A stretch of DNA of 63,116 bases, filler included, from Choristocarpus tenellus KU-1152 (Eukaryota; Protista; Phaeophyceae), in the NCBI GenBank assembly GCA_964200185.2. It is 7 parts of 7 records of this genome, joined end to end, with 100 filler letters (N's around TTAATTAATTAA, not from the genome) between each part and the next. Parts side by side here need not be neighbours in the genome. Positions count along the whole stretch, not along the records: positions 1 to 28,145 come from CAXNAD020000132.1; positions 28,246 to 40,840 come from CAXNAD020001772.1; 5 more parts are not named here. One strand, 5' to 3'. Positions 25,925 to 39,416 of this stretch are shown one piece after another. The translations under genes and the position numbers were made by a program. Below the pieces are notes generated by a model that was given only the letters and a program-made list of their open reading frames with translations, did no database searches and was not told the DNA's origin. How positions within the stretch are numbered: position 1 is the stretch's first letter; every line of letters begins with the position of its first letter.

Positions 25925-26220
25925 CTACCTGGTTGCTAGAGTCTTTCCTGGGGTATTGATTTTACAGGTGTAAACCCTATCGACACCAGACTTCTTTCCA
26001 AGGAGACTTGATTTGGATGGTCCAAAGTCCATGTGGCAAGCACAGTGGATTGTACACCTGTGCTACCCATGCTATGTATCACTGTGCTACGAGGATGATA
26101 GACCAAGAATGAGGTGGCGAAGGCTTTACTGTCAAGCAATGCCTAAGTGTGTCCAGCATACGAAGATAGACTCCATCAAGAATGAGTTTCTTCAGATCAT
26201 TAACGGAGTGTTCTAGGCCG
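25925..26220 (+). pseudogene. Possible highly decayed Copia-type RT fragment
   Basis: LVARVF..GIDF resembles the Copia ARLVARGFxQxxGIDF motif; many stops and frameshifts. Confidence 0.3.
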
Positions 26221-26901
26221 TAACATAGGAGGTGGACATGGGTTTCTAAGAAAAAACGGAGCTCCATCCGAAGCAGTAAGAGAGGCAGAAACTCAGCTGA
26301 AGGAAGGAAAAGAAGCAGGGGGGGGGAGACTGGGCTCAGAAGAGATAGTGAGCAAATACAGTCTAACTATGGACCTGGGGAAAGAGAAAGCTGTCCTAGA
26401 AACCTGCTGGGCATTGAGTACATACGAGTGTTTTGCTGGATGAGGAAGCTAAGGAATAGTGTGCTACAGGCACTGGTTCTACATGACTGTCGTGGTATCA
26501 TTATCACATTATGGGTGTATTGATCTTAAAGACTTCTTAGTGATAATGCTCTTGGCTCCACCTTTCATTATTGGGATCAGTCTCTAATATATTGCATCTC
26601 AAAAGCGAAAGTCTAAAACAATAATCAAAGTCTAGAGACCCAGAAGATACGATTGACTGCTCTGAATCATCCATTATCATCCTTGAGCATTGAAGTCACT
26701 ATATTGCCACAATTTTCAATAGACGAGTAAGCTTAGGGCATGAAACATGGTACTCCTGGTCTTCTTCCCATTCTAAAAGGGGAAATAGTGTCCCCAGTGT
26801 GACTCCAGCGTTGAATAGAGACTGCATTAGACTTAGTGTGAGTACAAGTGTGTGTTGTTGTGTGGGTCTCACTTCTCTCTTCAATACTAGTGGCTACAAA
26901 G

Positions 26902-27026
26902 AACAGACGATTTCAAAAATTGAGGATGGAGCTTAATACAAAAATATATATATCGACACTTTATCCCAGTCAATTTTAGCCCATCCTCAATGAAAAGCTC
27001 CATCCTCAATTTTGAAATCGGCTGTT
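26902..27026. mobile_element. 125-bp MITE, family B
   Basis: TIR aacagacgatttcaaaaattgaggatggagctt / aagctccatcctcaattttgaaatcggctgtt; AAAG duplicated on both flanks. Confidence 0.85.
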
Positions 27027-28145
27027 AAAGGTGTGTGAATCTTCTACGTATTTGATTATAGTGGCTGACCAGGCTTCTCTCCAGTGTCAATGGCTGTTAG
27101 CGGTAGCTTTGGTCACCACTACTCATCAAACGTCCAACTACCTGTGTCATGGGTTGCATCATCTCACCAATGTCACGACTCTTGAAAAGTTTTTGTGTCT
27201 AGCTTCGTATTTATTTATACTTGACCAAATGGTGGTGCAGACCATCGATTGGCCTTTTTCTTTTCTGTTAGGAAGAGTTAAGAAGTAGGCGTGAATCCAA
27301 TTCTCTATTTCTCCTAACGGTCCACTACTTCAAGAAATGTTAGTATCGAAAATATGGCCGAACAGAATTGATGAGTAGGTTTAAGAGATTCTAAATAGAA
27401 CCAATAGATATGTCGAGTCATCAGATAAAGCATATTTTTTAGTATCTGACCTACCTGGTATGGAATATTATGATCCGGCATTGTAAGACCAGTCGTATAG
27501 GCCGCTAGCCAACCTACATCTCTCTATAGTAAACCTGGAAAGCCTGGAGTGCTTTTCGCTTCAAGGACGAATCTTGCCCCTCTTGCAAGAATACACCCTG
27601 CGTCTTGCTAGTACTCATCCAATCCCCCACCGTTTTCAGGTTCAGAAGCAGCAAGTAATTCGATCAGCTGTTATTCAGACCCAATTTACCTTTGTCGTAA
27701 ACATTTCTAGAAGGTGTGGAAGGTAGTTGAAGAAACCGAGGTTGCTTTCGCCTTGCACATGATGTTTACAGGTACTTGAGAGGAAATAGTTGGAGACACG
27801 TTGATAGGGTAGTCCGAACAAGGAATTTACTGCACTTTATAGAGCAGGCCTTGAGTCATGTAGAAGCGCAGTAGAGAAAACTAGAAGTGATCGAGCCCTC
27901 GTCAAGAGCACAATTTTGGGTCCAGAAACAAGAGTTCGTAGTGAAGTTGAATGGTAGGAGTCAGGTACTGCAGTGTATTGCAGGGTGGCGAATATTTGCA
28001 ACAAGCAGGTGAATCCATAGCCAAGGCCATAGGATTGAACACATGGGATAGAAATGAGATAAGCAATATCTTCCAGCCGTTTAACAATTTTGCAAAAGCC
28101 CTGTGATTAACACTTTCTGCTACTGGGTCAAAGTATCTGGAGGGG

Positions 28146-28245
28146 NNNNNNNNNNNNNNNNNNNNNNNNNNNNNNNNNNNNNNNNNNNNTTAATTAATTA
28201 ANNNNNNNNNNNNNNNNNNNNNNNNNNNNNNNNNNNNNNNNNNNN
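28146..28245. other. Assembly gap with artificial TTAATTAATTAA linker (also at ~40841, 48691, 51764, 55533 and 58198)
   Basis: Identical N-run/12-mer/N-run structure six times; the 12-mer has stops in all six frames. Confidence 0.95.
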
Positions 28246-28344
28246 GATAAAGTGTCGATATGTATTTTTTTTTATCCCAGTCAATTTGGGGTCAAGCTCA
28301 TCCTCAATGAAAAGCTCCATCCTCAATTTTTGAAATCTGCTGTT
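28246..28344. mobile_element. Partial second copy of MITE family B at a contig edge
   Basis: ttatcccagtcaattt..catcctcaatgaaaagctccatcctcaatttttgaaatctgctgtt matches the right half of 26902-27026. Confidence 0.8.
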
Positions 28345-28379
28345 TAAGCAGGAAATGGATACCTTTCTTTGTTGTCCCT

Positions 28380-29073
28380 CTACCCTACTCCAAGAATGTC
28401 CTCCTTGTTATAGGCTTTTCTTGTGGCCACATTCTCCTCCTTTCCTACAACCACCTCATCAAGAAACCCGCGACAGTTTGTCCTTGCCGTGCCTACCCCC
28501 AAGATACCTATACCCTTAAGAGCACTAAGCAAATACACGAACTTAACACGAATATTATCGATACAGGTTGTCCTCTCGCCTTGGGGATTATTTGCAAGGT
28601 CAGTGACATTGTGAAGGACAGAAACTGTACAGAGGCCATGGCTCTTTGTGATTTCCCCCATGTGGCTATAGAAGTCTCTGCCTAAATCCTTCCCCATATA
28701 AACTTCGAATTGATCGACAAAGAATGCTTTCTTGCAAGCCGCACAAACTTGAAATTGTGCAGCTGTCTGAATGATGAGCAGAATGGAAGGAGGGGGAGGG
28801 GAGGCAGTCAGGTCTATGTCAGCTTCTCAGCTAGGGTGAGAGGAAAGTGGGGCATCGATATATGCCAAATGCCTCACTTTGCAGTGATAGGGAACATGTC
28901 ATGACAGATTTACTATTGCAAATAGTTCGTTTTTCATTCCAGCAAGCTACCAACACCATAGGAACCTCCTCACACTTTCTTTGTATTTGGCTTTGTTGCA
29001 TTGGAATGTGGCTACAATCATAACATTGATCCCTGCAAATAAGGGACATTCGACGGAGGGTTGGTGCTTGCAC
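28380..29073 (-). pseudogene. Decayed piggyBac-like (DDE_Tnp_1_7) transposase fragment
   Basis: HGL..V..L....G..TCIDN...YLLSALKGIGILGVGTARTNCRGF resembles the piggyBac DNxF...L...GI...GT.R.NR.G segment; upstream frames contain stops. Confidence 0.5.
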
Positions 29074-30802
29074 AAAGTGAATGTGCAGGGTGAGCCTGCA
29101 CCTTTTTCTAACATATCGTGAGAGGATGAAGTGTCCACTCTCGTGATTGACCCTATCTTGTCCTCGTTGAAGGATTTTCAGGGATTTGTCCTATTTCTAG
29201 AGAACCCATCGAAGCCGAACTCCTGACCCACGGTGAAAGCCACCTTTGCCGTGGTATTGATATAATCTACGAACTTCTGTAACTGGTAACACATACATCC
29301 CAAAAAAAATCAGGGTTGCAATCATTATCCATGAAGCACAAGGTGGCACACTTCTGGTTGAAAAAAAGCTCAAGATACAATACTCACAGCCGCACCTTCA
29401 GTGAGTCTTGCTCCAAGCTTCATGTTTGAAAAGTGCAACAAATTCCAAGAATGATGTATCCTTGAACCAGAACAAATACGGTTTAGGCTATCAAGTTAAG
29501 GACAACGATGAACAGGAGAGACCATCTCCCTCGAGAAAAAGAGTGTACAGCTTGAACCTATCCCTAGACCCCCCTATATACTCACTCATAACTAACAATG
29601 TCCAGCAAACGCTCAGGTTCACTTTGTCTGTAAACTCCATTGTCCTGGACAACAAATGGGACCATTCTCTCTAACATCAGTTGCTCAGGAAATACTTGTC
29701 TCAATTCAGTCTTTAAGTGCAGGAAACACTTGTGACGATTTGCACCATATTATCCTTTGTCTGAACATCTCTTTGTTGTATGTAAAATCAACACATAAAG
29801 CTGTGGCATGCAAGCATTTTGATTTCTGAAATGTGGACCCTTTACGTCCTTTTTGATTGGATAGTCACTGGTAGTAAGTTTGAGACTGAAATATCTACTT
29901 TCACAGGCTGTAGATATAGACTTGGGGATTCAAAGGGTACAGGCAAAGTGATTGATATTTCAAAAGTCTGAGCAAAAGGACCTTGTTCAAAAAAGACGAC
30001 CTCTCTTCATCCTGTACATACCCTTCTTGCAAAAACGGGCATGAACATGAACGATAATCTTATCTGCGCCAGCACAACATTGCCATAGTAATAGGTACAT
30101 ACTTGAACACTAAAGGGTAGCCTGTCAACATTGTGAAGCAAAAGTACTGTTTATTGGTCAAAGGACTCTCCCCTCAGCAACCCTTTAGCGTGAACTTGAT
30201 TATCCCATAAAATCAGAGGAAAGAGCTTTGCTGATCTGATCAACAAATCCAAAACAAAGCCAATACCTGCTGTGTACATGTGAAAACATCCAATCTGTGA
30301 CAACCTTGGATATAGACATAGTTGAGACAAAGTCTTAAATGCTTCAATGTCATCTACATCAAGGTTCTGCTGGCAGGTAGATACCTTTTCACAAAGGCCT
30401 ACATATGTTTTGTGTATTATGATATTTCCTCATGCAAGAGACACCAAGTAGAGGTACAACCGGAACAAACCACAATGCCCCAATCCCCCTGTACACAACC
30501 TACAAATTATAGCACAAGAATTGTCACTCACTCACCAACTTCGCAATTTTGCAATCGACTCCTCCATGTTTACCTGTCTCCAATTGACCTTGTCCTCCGT
30601 ATCATTGGCAACTTTCTCATTTCTGAATATGATTCTCCTTCCAACCATACCTCACACAAGCCATTTCACGAGTGTAACGGCGAAAGTAGGAGTACTTTGC
30701 CCCAACATGGTGTCCTTGACCCAATTGAGGTAAAAACCAAAAGATCGAATATTCCAGACTGTCAGTTTAATATTGCTAAGAACAACTACTACTTGAATGC
30801 CA

Positions 30803-33800
30803 TCATGTCAGCGATGGCATCTTGGGGTATGGAAGATGACTGGTCTTGGTCTTGATAACCTCATCAATAAGACCATACTCCAAGGCTTCATACGGAGTCA
30901 TGAAGAAGTCGCGATCTGTATCTTCCTGTGAACAGACGATCAGAGTGGCACATACTGAGTATTTCATTAGGCAAAAATAGTTGCAAAGTGAAGGCGATAC
31001 TATTGCTCCCAAGAGGACTGTACCATAAACATGCAAAAGAACGTACCTCGAGCTTATTCACGGGCTGATCAGTGTACTCGCTCATGTAGGTATTCAAGAG
31101 GCGCTTTGTGAACAGGATCTCTTTCGCCTGAAAGAGTTAGTGAAGTGGGCACGTGAAAGGGCGACAGTTGAGTCCATGAACAAACAAGGCATACAAACCA
31201 AAGAACTCAGAAGTATAGGCAAACACTTTTAATCTATGTTGAACATAGGAAGTCTCCACGACAGCACTCCTTTTTTGCATTTGCATAGTATACATTTCCT
31301 GCGAATAGAATGCTGGAGAATCTTTGAAGATTCAGGAAAATCACGTCAGATGTCAGGAGGAACGTGAATATAATATAATGTGCGCTTCATTGCACAGAAA
31401 ACGGACCCAAGCAATAACCTTTAAAATAAAAAAACAAAAGGTGCAGAGGGTGCAAGTATTGCATGAAGAGAATAATGCCTCTGCTGTGAAACTAAATTTG
31501 AAAAAAAAAACAGTAGGAACATTCAGCTAAGCTGGGCCTACCATTACTGAATTAGTCAGTACTCAAGGCAATTTGTTAAGGATCTTCTGGAATTTTGCTA
31601 GTGAGACAAAACAAAAATACGTATTGTTGGAAATGCGAGGGCAAGGCACATCTCATCAAGTTGGTTTGAGGTCCAAACTCTATGTGGAACCCAAGATACA
31701 TGCCGTTTTAGGCACAGTTTGCAGAAAATACTTTAGACTTCCCTAGTGTCCTTGTGCAACCTAGAGCAATCAGACGGCTATCAGGACTTGTGAAAGGGCC
31801 CCATGGTCTTTATGCAGATGCAAACAGCAGAATATTTAGAGATAGGAATCAAGTGTTTCACCAAGTTGATGCTCAAGTCGTATCCTTTTGCTCAATTACA
31901 TCATCAGGAGTGAACAATACATGTAGAATGAGACCATTTCGATTGTAGCTGACCGATTGAACCAAAGTTAGCAAAAAGGAGATAATGTTGACTATAACTT
32001 CCATAATATCTTCATCGGAATGTGATACATGATCTATGCACAACACAATGACATGAGCAGCCTTCCACGTATCAACTTATTGCTGGACATGGATAGCACA
32101 CACATCGGAATGGCGTTAGAAAGCTCCAACTCAGCCAAACATTATGTTTTCATGAAATATTCCAGACAAGGAAAGATTATACCCCAGAGCAAGGAGTCAA
32201 CTTTAGGGCACTTCCTATCTGGCCAGCAGATATTTTTCACACAAAGGACTTCAGCCAGGAATTAGACTGAGCTTCTGAAGACACTTTGCCACTTATCAGA
32301 AAATGGAATTTTGATAAATTGAACCCGAAAACCAAGAATGTTCAGGGTTATTGGAGTATCACTATGACAGCTTTCAATACATTAAGCTAGACCACAGATC
32401 TCTGTTTTGAGCAGGGCTTATCCTCAGCCCGGGAAGATAGCATGACCGGGGTCTGGGCCATGGCATTGGTACTAGGTCGTTTTGAAACAGTTGATCGCAA
32501 TGGGTAAGAACATATTTTGTGCTGACTGACCCGGCCAAAATATGTCAAAATTGATCCCAAATACAGAAATGAAAATGCCGTTTGATATATACCTTCAGCC
32601 ACTCTTACCATCATGTATACCACATATGCGATTAGAGTAAACTGAGGTCAGATAGGGTCACTCACACTATGTTTTATAATGATCACAGGCCAGCCTGGGA
32701 CACTGTTCAGACATAATCCCTGACAGCTGTCATCCAGACATAAGAGAAAATACTTGAACCAGTCCAACCCACACACTAATCCCTTTACATTTGCTTGCCA
32801 TGAGGAGTAACCCAGGTTTTGAGACAGAGTTTCATAGAAGCAAGCCAAAAATAAACTCCCAAGTACCAATTTCCGGGGGAAAAAGTCCTCGAGCAAAATT
32901 TTATCAAACCAGAACTGACCTGAGTGACTCTATACCAACCAGGACACATAATATAGGGCGCGATGGGGCTAATGACATGGGCTCTGTGGTCTATAGTTCA
33001 CAACACAACATTGCCAATATAGTACACCCACACATATTTGTGGAGATGGGCGATGATACATGCATCAACTTAAGTGTCATTGGAAGGCTTGGTTCATTTC
33101 TCATAGATATGACAAAGCCTCAGACAAATACATCATCACCTCAGAAGGTTTAGGGACAATTTCGACGCAGAATGTTTACCTTCTCACGACAATATACTAG
33201 CACCAAGAAAAGATTTGGAATCCACTCAACAGGCAAAACGTCAGCATTGTCCTTGCTCTATCTTTCACTTCATAGTGCTTTTTGAGATTTTGAAGCACAC
33301 ATCCCTAAGAAAAGTGTATAGCATGGACCATGCAGCCCTGGTTGACACTAAGCAACTCTGGAAATACGGCAGCAGTTTTGGGGGATCTCACCTGGATCTC
33401 AATATCAGCTGCCTGGCCAGCAGCACCTCCCAAGGGTTGGTGGATCATGATCCGTGCATTGGGAAGGGATTTGCGCTTACCAGGTGCACCTGCCCCCAAT
33501 AGAAATGCCCCCATTGATGCCGCCATGCCGAAGCAAACAGTTGCAACATCGCAAGGAATGAACTGCAGGGACAGGAGATTACAAGGAATCTATGTTGGCA
33601 AAAACTGCATCCTCAGACCAATTTGTGGCAGTTTCAACCTTTAAGCAAGGGCACAGTCGCCCCTTTTATTTTTGTTCCTTGACAGTATCGTTGTAAGGAC
33701 AACCCTTGAGCTGGTAAGGGTGGATGGGAAGAAGAGTTTTGAATCAAAGTGAATAAAATCATCTCATCATCTCAGTGTGTATCATCAAGGACCTTACCAG

Positions 33801-35800
33801 AAATATTGCCTTAGAATGCAACTAAGCACCCAAAACCAAAAATCTGGAGAACAGTAGCAGTGAATATCTACTCTCATCTTGGGTATTACTGAAAATATCA
33901 TGTGTAGGTTGTGAATAGGGACCCATGGTATCCATACTAAGAGGAAATAATCTAGATGTTAGGCAAATGGGGAATTTGTGCAAGAGCCTTGTTTTTATGT
34001 ACACATCACCTACTGCACAACACCTTCAGACATGCAATCCACAGGCCTGTGGGGGGGAATCGGTCAACGATGCATGTTCATTGTAGTATATTACAAACAT
34101 TTTGACAGTATACTTTATTCCAATGTCTCAATAGGTCATCGTTACACAACACTATGTTTGCCAAGTTTCAGCTGCACTTGCGGAGAAATAAAACCTGAAA
34201 TACATGGATGATAAACTTGCTGGACACTGTTGAGTCCATTGAAAAATATTCTCAACACTACCTCATGGCATTTTAGGGTCAAGAAAGGCAATATACTACC
34301 AAGCAACAAGAAATTAGCCATCGCATAAATTTCCACCCTTATGACTCTATATCATGGCAACTAAAATTACATATATGAGGTTCCTGTTTGTCCTATTCAA
34401 TCTCAAGCAATGCTCATATTGTTTCAACAATACTCCTGCACCACTCAGAATCAAGTCCACCATACAATACAGTCAGTTCATTCATAAGTAGTTGGTTGAC
34501 CAGGGAGTTTCGATTACAAACTGTGAACATTGATACTTGCGAGTTGGGTAGATGCTCTCCAGTGTTGCATACTCAGGAGAATAGACAAAGGGCTACACAA
34601 CACAGTACTGCATTAAGGTGCTAGTGGATCCAAGGCCGGAAAAAGCAAAGCCATATATCCAGACCCTCCATGAGTAAGGATGTCTGCTTTTTTGCAAGAC
34701 TAGTCAAGTGGATAATGGATGGCATCATAAGCGCAAGTGGGACATCTTTACACTATCACCAGTGAGAACAGAACGGTATTGGGTGGTCCTACAGAGTACC
34801 TTGACCAGATTCTGTACGGGCATGTGAGGAGACTGGTCTTGATCAGGCAGGCTTGGAATTGGCAAGAGATTTAGATGCCTTGAACCTTGCTTTGTAGACT
34901 CAGGAGCGTATCCAATGAGCTTCACAATAAAGCGCACCGTCTAGCTCAGTGGATATCCTACTGAGGCTACCGTGCATGGTATAAGCAAGAGGGAGTTAAT
35001 TATCGTACTCCGGAGTATTTTATATCCAGAATCAGTATATGCAATATAATCCTCATCAATTGATCAACCAAGCGTGACAGTATAGTGTGAATTAAAAATG
35101 AATTTAGCTCTCCAAGTCATTTCTACACACCCTCTGCCTTCGAAAAAGCAACGTGATCGTGCCGACGATCACCCACATGCATGACCAACGATGGAGCGGC
35201 CTTTGGAATACTCTAAACTCCCCACAGTAAATAGCCAACCCATCTCGAAGATTTTTGACTGATTGACATACGGCTCATGGTTGAGGTGAAACCACACACA
35301 GGTCAATAGGTCAAGCAGGGAACAAGAATCACACTTGCCTGCATTGTGTCATAAATAGCCATGCCAGCTGATACCGAGCCTCCAGGAGAGTTGATGTAAA
35401 GTGTGATATCCTTTTCAGGGTCGTCATTTGCCAGGTAGAGCAGCTGGGCTACTAGCACATTCCCCACCTCATCATTCACATCTTGTCCAAGAAGGAGAAT
35501 TCGGTCCTTCAAAAGCCGGGAGATGACATCCATCTGGTTTTTTCCCTCTCCCACCGTGGGCATAGGAACCGGAACCCGTCGAGGGGGGGGGGGCTGGTTC
35601 GGGTCTGGTTGTGGTTCAGGTTGTGGTTCACCAGGCATCATGAGACTGCGATCCATGTTCATGCTATGGAGACGTGGGGTAGGCATCCTGGTTCCACATC
35701 CCACACACCCCAGTGTTGATCTCATCCCAGAGAATGCAAGGATCTGCACCGGTGCCCACGCAATTGCCATCAAGGCCAGTATCCTGTTTAGAATCGTCAT
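30803..35800 (-). CDS. clpP: ATP-dependent Clp protease proteolytic subunit, probably plastid-targeted, ~278 aa, 4 exons
   Basis: Exons 35800-35339, 33562-33392, 31127-31047, 30925-30803 are in frame. Motifs [26 protein letters not shown] (Ser), MIHQP (His), DTDRDFFM (Asp). The N-terminal signal peptide ends ILA-F and is followed by a transit-like region. Confidence 0.96.
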
Positions 35801-37349
35801 TTTGTGTTGGATATGGAGCTCAGCAGAATCAAGCCCTAGTTGTACTCTCCTCAACTTTTTGATGTTCCTACAACATGTATTACAACAGTAGTGGTGTTGG
35901 TGGCAGTGACAAGATCAACCAGCATTCTTGCACCTATACAACGTAACACTCAACGCTATGTTTTTGCCCATATGATCATGAACGAAGTGTTACCTATTTG
36001 TTATTTCTAATATTGTGAAGGGATATGATTATTATGCGTTGTTTCGTTTTTGTTAAGAAGGGATATGACCAGCCACATAAAAAAAATTGTGTTGTTACAA
36101 GAGGACTCTTCCAAATTATGAATGTTAAACAGAGTAAATAATCAAGGAACTAGACAAACAAGATGAGGGCATGAATCTGTGGATGCACGCTTACAACACA
36201 GCAAGATAAACAGTTTAGACCACCGTAGATCCATTCCATTCTCACCGATCATCGCTCATAGTGGTTGCTGGGTCGTTCTCATAAATCTTTTGGATCTTGT
36301 TCTGATCTGATTATTCTAATCTGTTGCGTTTCACTTGACCTGGGAGTGTCAGGGTCATTGATTATCTAAAGCCCCCCTCCACTATGTTGTCGCAACTCCT
36401 CTTTGAACCTCGTCTCTGGGAGTTATTGTCACTGCTTCCCATCACACAGAACTATTTGGGAGGGGGGAGGTATCAGAGATAGTAGGGTCACACAAAGATG
36501 GTGGACACAGAAGAGACTCAACCAACCCAAAAGATTGAGGCCCGAAAGGTAAGAAAATGACAACCCCAGTCACTACTGTTGGAGGTTCAGACAGGGGGTC
36601 ATGTCAATGCCCCACCACCTCTACCAAACCCTGTGTGCACACCACAGACAGGACAAAGTCTCCACTAACTTGTTTGTTTGAACAGGAAGGGTTAACGTTG
36701 TTGTGTTGAGGGAAGACCCCTCGTACATCCCGTGCCTTGACCGGTAGGTACCAAGTGTTACCCAAAGAATATAGAGGACATCTCCTTAGCGAACCAGGTT
36801 TGATTCACACAGAAGATCACCACAAAAGTCTATGAAAGGAGTATTCCGTAAAGGGGGTTTGGTTGTTGCCGCCATACAGAAATCGAATGCTCAGATAGGT
36901 AAGGCTCATCCAGAACATACCAGACACCATGCACCAGGGAGAAAGTATTATATATAATTCAAAAATTAGCCACAAAACATTTTTGAGGAAAACTAGGAGA
37001 TTTCCGCGAGCAACATATTGGGGGATCAATGGGCGAGTATGGCGATATAAATTTCCAGCAGTATGCATGTATACCGCTGACCGTAAAATATCGCTTTCTC
37101 GGTCATATCCAGCCTAATCTTAAAACACTTGCGAGTCAAAGCAAACAAGAGGTACCCTCAGTAGTTGCATTTTAATAATGCCAGCAAATATGTACAAAAT
37201 TCGACTTTGTTTACAAATGTATATAGGATATTTTCCGAATTGTGTCAAAAGGTTCAAGCAATATACCACCCTCTCAAGTATGAATTTATGGTCCTGCAGC
37301 GGCGAGGTCGTCACCGGGCAAGATGGACCAGACGGACCAAGATGAACCA

Positions 37350-37609
37350 GAGTCAAAGTATCTTAGAGGGTAGAGCTGCGTCCATTTGGAGGCTAAAATC
37401 CAATGTTGCAATTTTGATGTAATTTTGGCTATCATGTTTGTTAGGAGATGTCAATATCCTTGTTCCGAACACACCTTTTCATAACGTACACATTTACGTA
37501 CTCCGAAATATTTTGGAGTACGTAAAAGGCCGTTGAAATCCCGTGGGAGGCCAAGCCCCGAATGGACAAAGAGGAAAAAACTCGTACCCTCTAAGATACA
37601 CTTTCACTC
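37350..37609. mobile_element. MITE family A, copy 2
   Basis: TIR gagtcaaagtatcttagagggta / taccctctaagatacactttcactc; ACCA target-site duplication. Confidence 0.88.
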
Positions 37610-37831
37610 ACCATATCCTAGAGGACAAGGATAAGGTTGGACATGTGCCAGACTGCAAGGACTACAGAAAATTGTGGAGTGATGAGAATCTCATGAGAGG
37701 GTAAATATTATAATTCCAAAATGCGAGAACAAAGTGAATCTTTGATGTTTGAACTCTGAATAAAGAAAGATCCCTTATCTGTGAGACTGGTCTCTTCAAG
37801 AGATTCAGTGGATTAATATGTGAATGTATGT

Positions 37832-38040
37832 GTAGCGGTGGAAAGTTTTGGGCGCCTCGGTAAGTAGGTGGAAAGTTTTCTGGATGAGTTGGCTACACAC
37901 ACGATAGGGGGGGGAGGTGTGGGAGGCTACAGGAGGAGAGGAGCTGTCAAATCCCATTTACGACAGAGAGTGTCGGTCACAACACAGGTGGCTCTATCAA
38001 GACGTGCCATGCGTCTTAAGCTGAAGACACCAGGAAGATA
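37832..38040 (+). pseudogene. 3' fragment of a non-LTR retrotransposon with restriction-like endonuclease (CRE/R2-group-like)
   Basis: Translates VAVESFGRLGK*VESFLDELATH..AVKSHLRQRVSVTTQVALSRRAMRLKL, resembling the C-terminus of RLE-type LINEs; contains an internal stop. Confidence 0.65.
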
Positions 38041-39416
38041 GGCAAGGAGAGGCCTGTCAGATTCTGGGGATGCTTCCCTAGCTCCTTGCCCTCTGATGTA
38101 GGGCTAAGATAGGTTGGAGGCGTAGCAGGGGAGTGGTGTAGGATAGCTTGTATTCAAATAGTAAATAGATTATGGAGATATCGTTGACATTTACGACAAA
38201 TGTGATTTTTACAGGGGTTCTTATGATATTGAATTGGCTTTCCCCTGACAAGTCTGCAAAATGTCAGAGGGCATAATAAAATATAATATGTGAATATATC
38301 AGTTTCACAAAAGATCCACTGGAATCTGGGATTCCTGAGAAGGAACCTCAATCGGTATGACAATATATACGATATACGGCAATAACGGTATGATAACTAA
38401 CATCCCTGCTTTCCACACCACCCCTCCTTCTGATCGGCGTTGAAGCCATGTAAACATGATTCAAGGTCAACCAAAAAGTGTGCTCTGGGAGCAAAATGGG
38501 AAACAGGTGGTGCTGTTAGTAAATACTATTGCACCATTATATTAAACAACTAAAGATTCGTATTATTCTGTGGCGGTGTGGTTCACTCAGCCAAAAGTGC
38601 TGAAGCGAACCACTGGGCATGACGGACCAGACAGACCAAGATGAACTGTAACCGAGAGGACAAGGTCAAGATTGGACAAGTGCAAGGCTGCAAGGACTTT
38701 TTTACAGAAAATCGTGGATGATGAGAATCTCATTAAGATCAATGCAGAATACGATACGAATTACGGTAATATGTATCCGAAAGCATTCGCAATCATACCT
38801 AATATCTTACCACCATATTTACAGAGAATCAATTCTGGATTTTGAAGTCCACATATTCGACAAACTGTTTTTTTTACCTTGATGGAGTTTTCTAGAAACA
38901 TTGGAAGTCCTCTTTTATAGTGATTCGTTGTAAAAGCAACGGATATAATAATATTATTCTTCTCTTTCAACCACCTCATCACATTCGGTGAGGGGGATTC
39001 GTGCGAGGTTCTCATCTCTTTCTCTTCTCTTCTTCCATCTCTTTCTCTTCTCTTCTTCCATACTGACACAAATTAGCAGTCAAAATCTGCGCAGTGTATG
39101 CCATCTGGACTGGAGGACCAGGACGGTCAGTGGAGACCTGGACAACATGGAGACTATCTGTGGTGGGTTACGCTGGTGGAAAGGGTCCGTACAACATTCT
39201 GCAGCGAAAATACTTGGTCCCCTGAACTCACGGCACCCAAGGAACACCTAAGAAACAGGAACAAAGAACGCACGACAATTACGAAACAGCACACTTCTGT
39301 GGTTTCTACTGGTCCAAGCGACAAGAGGGTCCGCAGCAACAATCATGGCGTGATTTGAAAAAACCCAGACAGCAGATGAACGAGAATGGAAATAGAAAAC
39401 AATCTATGGAAGCCTC

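Noticed and set aside
27300-28100. Possible Copia integrase remnant on the minus strand
   Set aside because: Similarity too faint to support by eye.
28190-28201. Recurring TTAATTAATTAA palindrome
   Set aside because: Always embedded in N-runs, so it is an assembly linker. Adjacency of genes across these gaps is also not trustworthy.
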